NCBI GenBank assembly: GCA_963706575.1 | Contig: CAVPNL010000003.1 | Coordinates: 320,001 to 384,000 of the forward strand | Source of the DNA: an uncultured delta proteobacterium | Lineage (GTDB): Bacteria > Desulfobacterota > Desulfobacteria > Desulfobacterales > JAHEIW01 | Reading direction: 5' to 3' | DNA: 64,000 nt | Part shown: piece by piece, positions 60,924 through 64,000 of the stretch | Numbering within the stretch: the stretch's first letter is position 1 | Layout of the letters: each line of letters opens with the position of its first letter | Translations under genes and position numbers: made by a program | The notes under the pieces: generated by a model | Databases searched by the model: none | The model's input: only the letters and a program-made list of their open reading frames with translations | Told to the model about the DNA's origin: nothing

Positions 60924-62567
60924 TCATATCGATGATTGCCTGCCAATAGCAGCGGGTAGACGCACCACAAAGACCGAGCCTTTATTTGGTTCGCTATGGC
61001 ATTTAATCGATCCCCCCTGACGCTCGATAAATGTGCGCAACCACCACAGTCCGAATCCGAGCCCATCTTCGCTTTGTTGAAACATATTCCACAAATGCAT
61101 CATCTGCTCAGGGGTAATACCTCTGCCCGTATCCTTGATCTCAACGATCACCCAAAAGCCGGTATCATCTTGGTCTGAGTGTGTACTCACTTGTAGCCGC
61201 CGCTGATCGCTATCTTCCATGGCCTTACGCGCATTGGTTATTAACTCGAGGAATATATCCACTAACAGCAGGCTGCAATCCACCAACGGCAATTTTTTTT
61301 CGAAGGTTCGGCTGACTTCGATTTTATCGGGCAGATCGGCAGCCTCCAGAGCTTCATCCAGCAGGTGGTTGACGTCCAGCCGTGCTGCGGGACCGGAGTC
61401 TTTGAACGGTTTAAACAATGCTTCGCTGAGTTTAAGGACAAATCGCGCGTTACGCTCGACGCGTTCTAAATTGCCTTCAATCCATAGTCGCTCTGAATCG
61501 GCCATCTCCAATTTTGTCAGGGAGCGCAGGGTTTCCCTGGCACTGACCGGCACGATCCCCATCAGATTGTTAATCCGATGCGCCAAAGCAGTGGCGGCTT
61601 GACCCATGATCGCCCACTTTTCGGCGGCCAGCCGCTTTTCCTGCTCGGACAGAAGCTTTCGATGCTGGCTGGCATTTTGGATGGCGATGACGGCTTCCTG
61701 CGCCAGGGCCTCCAGAAGTTCGACATCCTGTTGATCAAAGGCGGCCACCCGTGAACTTTCCAAAAGCAAAACGCCTAAAAGCGAATCCGGTTTGCCGGGA
61801 TCTTCCAGTCCATATTGTAATGGAACCGAAATGCTTGAACGCATGTCTTCAAAAAGAACAACGTTCAGCGGATCATCGCGGACATCGGAGCTCAGATAAG
61901 GACGCCGGTTCTCTGCCACCCATCGGGCGATCCCCTGCCCGATGCGGGGGGTGTAGGCAAGCTTTTCGGGTGTCCACCCGTCTCCATAGTGGGCCCTGAG
62001 AACCAGTTTTCCCGACTCGGAATCCAATTGCCGCAAAGAACCGTGTTCGGCGTCAACCAGTTCTGCCGCCTTTTCAAGAATCATGTCCAATACGCGCTCT
62101 AATTCCAGGCTGGAAGTGAGCGCCACGTCAATGGTGTGCAGGGCTCGAAACTGGTTGGTCATCCGCGCCAGCCGCTCGTTTTGCTGAGCCATCGACGCCG
62201 TCATGTCGGCCAGGGACTGAAGCAGTGCGGCGTCCCGCTCCCGAAAGACCCGCTTTTGATTTCCATCAAACACGACGAGTACGCCTCGAACAGAATCCTG
62301 CCAGATCAATGGTGCCGCCAATGATAACGAACCATCGGGACAGATCTCAGTCATGGTTTCCCGGGAGTTCATCACACGTCCCGGCAATCCATCATCCCAG
62401 GGGACGTGCTGCAGGTTATGGGTGGCCACCAGCGATATTCGCTCCTTTTCCGAATCCCACAGATAAAAGCAGCTGCCGTCAGCGCGGCACTGGTAACTTG
62501 CTTGCCGGACAACGCTTTGTAGAAAATCCGGATCCAGAATTCCTGTCGGTGTTGATGGGTTTGCCAC
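60924..62567 (-). CDS. cytoplasmic GAF-GAF histidine kinase
   Basis: LAHRINN H-box; LITNARKA, DTGRGI and GLGFGL boxes; no TM segment. Confidence 0.88.
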   Translation of the reverse strand: MANPSTPTGILDPDFLQSVVRQASYQCRADGSCFYLWDSEKERISLVATHNLQHVPWDDGLPGRVMNSRETMTEICPDGSLSLAAPLIWQDSVRGVLVVFDGNQKRVFRERDAALLQSLADMTASMAQQNERLARMTNQFRALHTIDVALTSSLELERVLDMILEKAAELVDAEHGSLRQLDSESGKLVLRAHYGDGWTPEKLAYTPRIGQGIARWVAENRRPYLSSDVRDDPLNVVLFEDMRSSISVPLQYGLEDPGKPDSLLGVLLLESSRVAAFDQQDVELLEALAQEAVIAIQNASQHRKLLSEQEKRLAAEKWAIMGQAATALAHRINNLMGIVPVSARETLRSLTKLEMADSERLWIEGNLERVERNARFVLKLSEALFKPFKDSGPAARLDVNHLLDEALEAADLPDKIEVSRTFEKKLPLVDCSLLLVDIFLELITNARKAMEDSDQRRLQVSTHSDQDDTGFWVIVEIKDTGRGITPEQMMHLWNMFQQSEDGLGFGLWWLRTFIERQGGSIKCHSEPNKGSVFVVRLPAAIGRQSSI

Positions 62568-62641
62568 AGTGCTCGTCCCATCGCCTTAAGGCGCATTTTT
62601 GTTTTAACACACAGGTACGGGTAAACAACGCGCGTTGACGA

Positions 62642-63793
62642 TTACGGCAATCGATCCGCCAGTACCGTCGTCAGATCGCAAATCGGAATACCGATATCAT
62701 TCTCCAGGGCAGGATCCTGCTGGGCGCATTTAAAATGAATCTGACATTTAATGCAGGTTGTAATCAGCAGCTCGGCACCGGTGGCTCTGGCTTCCTTTAA
62801 CCGTTGTACCTGGATGTTTTTACTGACCTGGCCGCATGCGGTCCAACAGCTGGTACCGCAACACAGACTACTCCGATGAGTTTGCTCCATCTCAACAAGC
62901 TCCAACCCGCAAGCCTGCAATAATGCCCGGGGCTCGTCGTAAATCCCCAGATGCCGGCTCAACCGGCAGGCATCTTGATAGGTCGCCCTGGATTTCATTT
63001 TTTCCGAATTCCAGCCTAAGGTTGCAGCAGCCGGATGCCGGCTGATGAACTGGCTGAGGTGTAACACTTCCATTCCATGCTCGCCAACCCGTTTGGGGTA
63101 GTCCAGTCCCAGGGTCCGGGCGCATTCGGGACAGGTGGTGATAATTTGCCTGGCCTGGGTAGCTTTAAGCTGCTCAAGATTGAGGCGCGCCAGAGCGTCA
63201 AATGTCACCCTATCACCTTGCCAGATCTGGTCGTGGCCGCAGCAGCGTTCATCGGATAACACCTGCGGCTCGATACCCAGATGGTTCAGAATCCTCACGG
63301 CTGCCCTGGCAATCTCCAGACCTTCAATACCCAGGTCTTTAAACTGGGCCTGATAGTATGGCAGGCAGCCGACAAAATACAAAACTTCCGAATCCTGCGA
63401 GATTCTCAAATCATGGTCAAGCCATTCAAGCCTGTTTTGATTAAGGTCAGGATTCGTCATCATCTGGCCCAAGGTCTGGATGACCTTACCATGGGTGCAT
63501 TCTCCCGACTGGCCGTCGTTCATTGCCATAGCCCGGGCATCCCGCATAAACTCTGAAAACAGCACATCCGACGGGCACAGCTGGCTGCACCTTTTGCACG
63601 TCAGACATGACCAAAACAGGGGATCCTCATAAACATCAGCTGAAGGGCTATTAAGGGCTTTCTCGATCAGCAGGCGCGGGCTGCAATAAGCACGCTTCTC
63701 CCATAAGGTGATCGGGCAGACCGCACTGCATTTGCCGCATTCCAGACAATACCAGGCACGATTCTGATTAATGATTTCCTGCAGATTGCTCAT
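62642..63793 (-). CDS. HdrD/GlpC-like Fe-S protein with two CCG domains
   Basis: CLECGKCSAVCP, CLTCKRCSQLCP, RCCG, TCPEC, YQDAC and LCCG motifs. Confidence 0.88.
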   Translation of the reverse strand: MSNLQEIINQNRAWYCLECGKCSAVCPITLWEKRAYCSPRLLIEKALNSPSADVYEDPLFWSCLTCKRCSQLCPSDVLFSEFMRDARAMAMNDGQSGECTHGKVIQTLGQMMTNPDLNQNRLEWLDHDLRISQDSEVLYFVGCLPYYQAQFKDLGIEGLEIARAAVRILNHLGIEPQVLSDERCCGHDQIWQGDRVTFDALARLNLEQLKATQARQIITTCPECARTLGLDYPKRVGEHGMEVLHLSQFISRHPAAATLGWNSEKMKSRATYQDACRLSRHLGIYDEPRALLQACGLELVEMEQTHRSSLCCGTSCWTACGQVSKNIQVQRLKEARATGAELLITTCIKCQIHFKCAQQDPALENDIGIPICDLTTVLADRLP

Positions 63794-63795
63794 CC

Positions 63796-64000
63796 TTATC
63801 CCTGATTCCCGTTCAACCCCGCTAAAAAGGATTTGATTTGATTAACCCAGGCTTGGCCGTCACCAGCCGCCAGTCTATCCATTTTAAGATGTTGATCCGA
63901 ATAGCCCATGGTCCGAACCAGATCCTGCGCAACCGCAAAAGTCTCTTCCGCACGACGCCCCCCGAATTCGTAGCGACATTCATCTTGCGGGCAACCCAAC
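63796..64000 (-). CDS. 3' end of an MvhD-like iron-sulfur subunit (truncated by window edge)
   Basis: GCPQDECRYEFG resembles the MvhD GC-x3-CHY motif; Hdr context. Confidence 0.65.
   Translation of the reverse strand, partial: LGCPQDECRYEFGGRRAEETFAVAQDLVRTMGYSDQHLKMDRLAAGDGQAWVNQIKSFLAGLNGNQG

Overview
A 64 kb chromosomal window from an anaerobic bacterium. The gene set (Hdr/Mvh, a NarI/CCG redox pair, 2-oxoacid:ferredoxin oxidoreductase, folE2, pilD) suggests Desulfobacterota/Desulfobacterales; this assignment is inference. In order, it contains: an amidase locus (two AmiS/UreI channels, amiE, an IS1595 insertion and a divergent AmiC-sigma54 fusion regulator); an RDD-SpoIIM-DUF58-MoxR membrane operon; an aapJQMP-type ABC transporter; a NarI-like/CCG redox pair; a 2-hydroxyacyl-CoA dehydratase/benzoyl-CoA reductase-like triad; a pyrrolysine-type mtbB (in-frame TAG) behind EutA/DoeA-like genes; a GAF adenylate cyclase; housekeeping genes (dtd, folE2, ttcA, rpoZ, greA, asd, leuB, psd, tsaB, lon, pilD, kor); and a selenocysteine-type HdrA-MvhD fusion (in-frame TGA plus SECIS-like hairpin). 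The most striking unexplained structure is a four-helix-bundle (IVP/Avd-like) gene bracketed by inverted short tandem arrays. An internally deleted copy and an empty inverted copy sit in the neighbouring intergenic gaps, and several other intergenic cassettes share the architecture with different repeat units. No rRNA, tRNA or CRISPR array was recognised. Several single-base frameshifts suggest residual sequencing error. All family assignments are by motif recognition, not database search.
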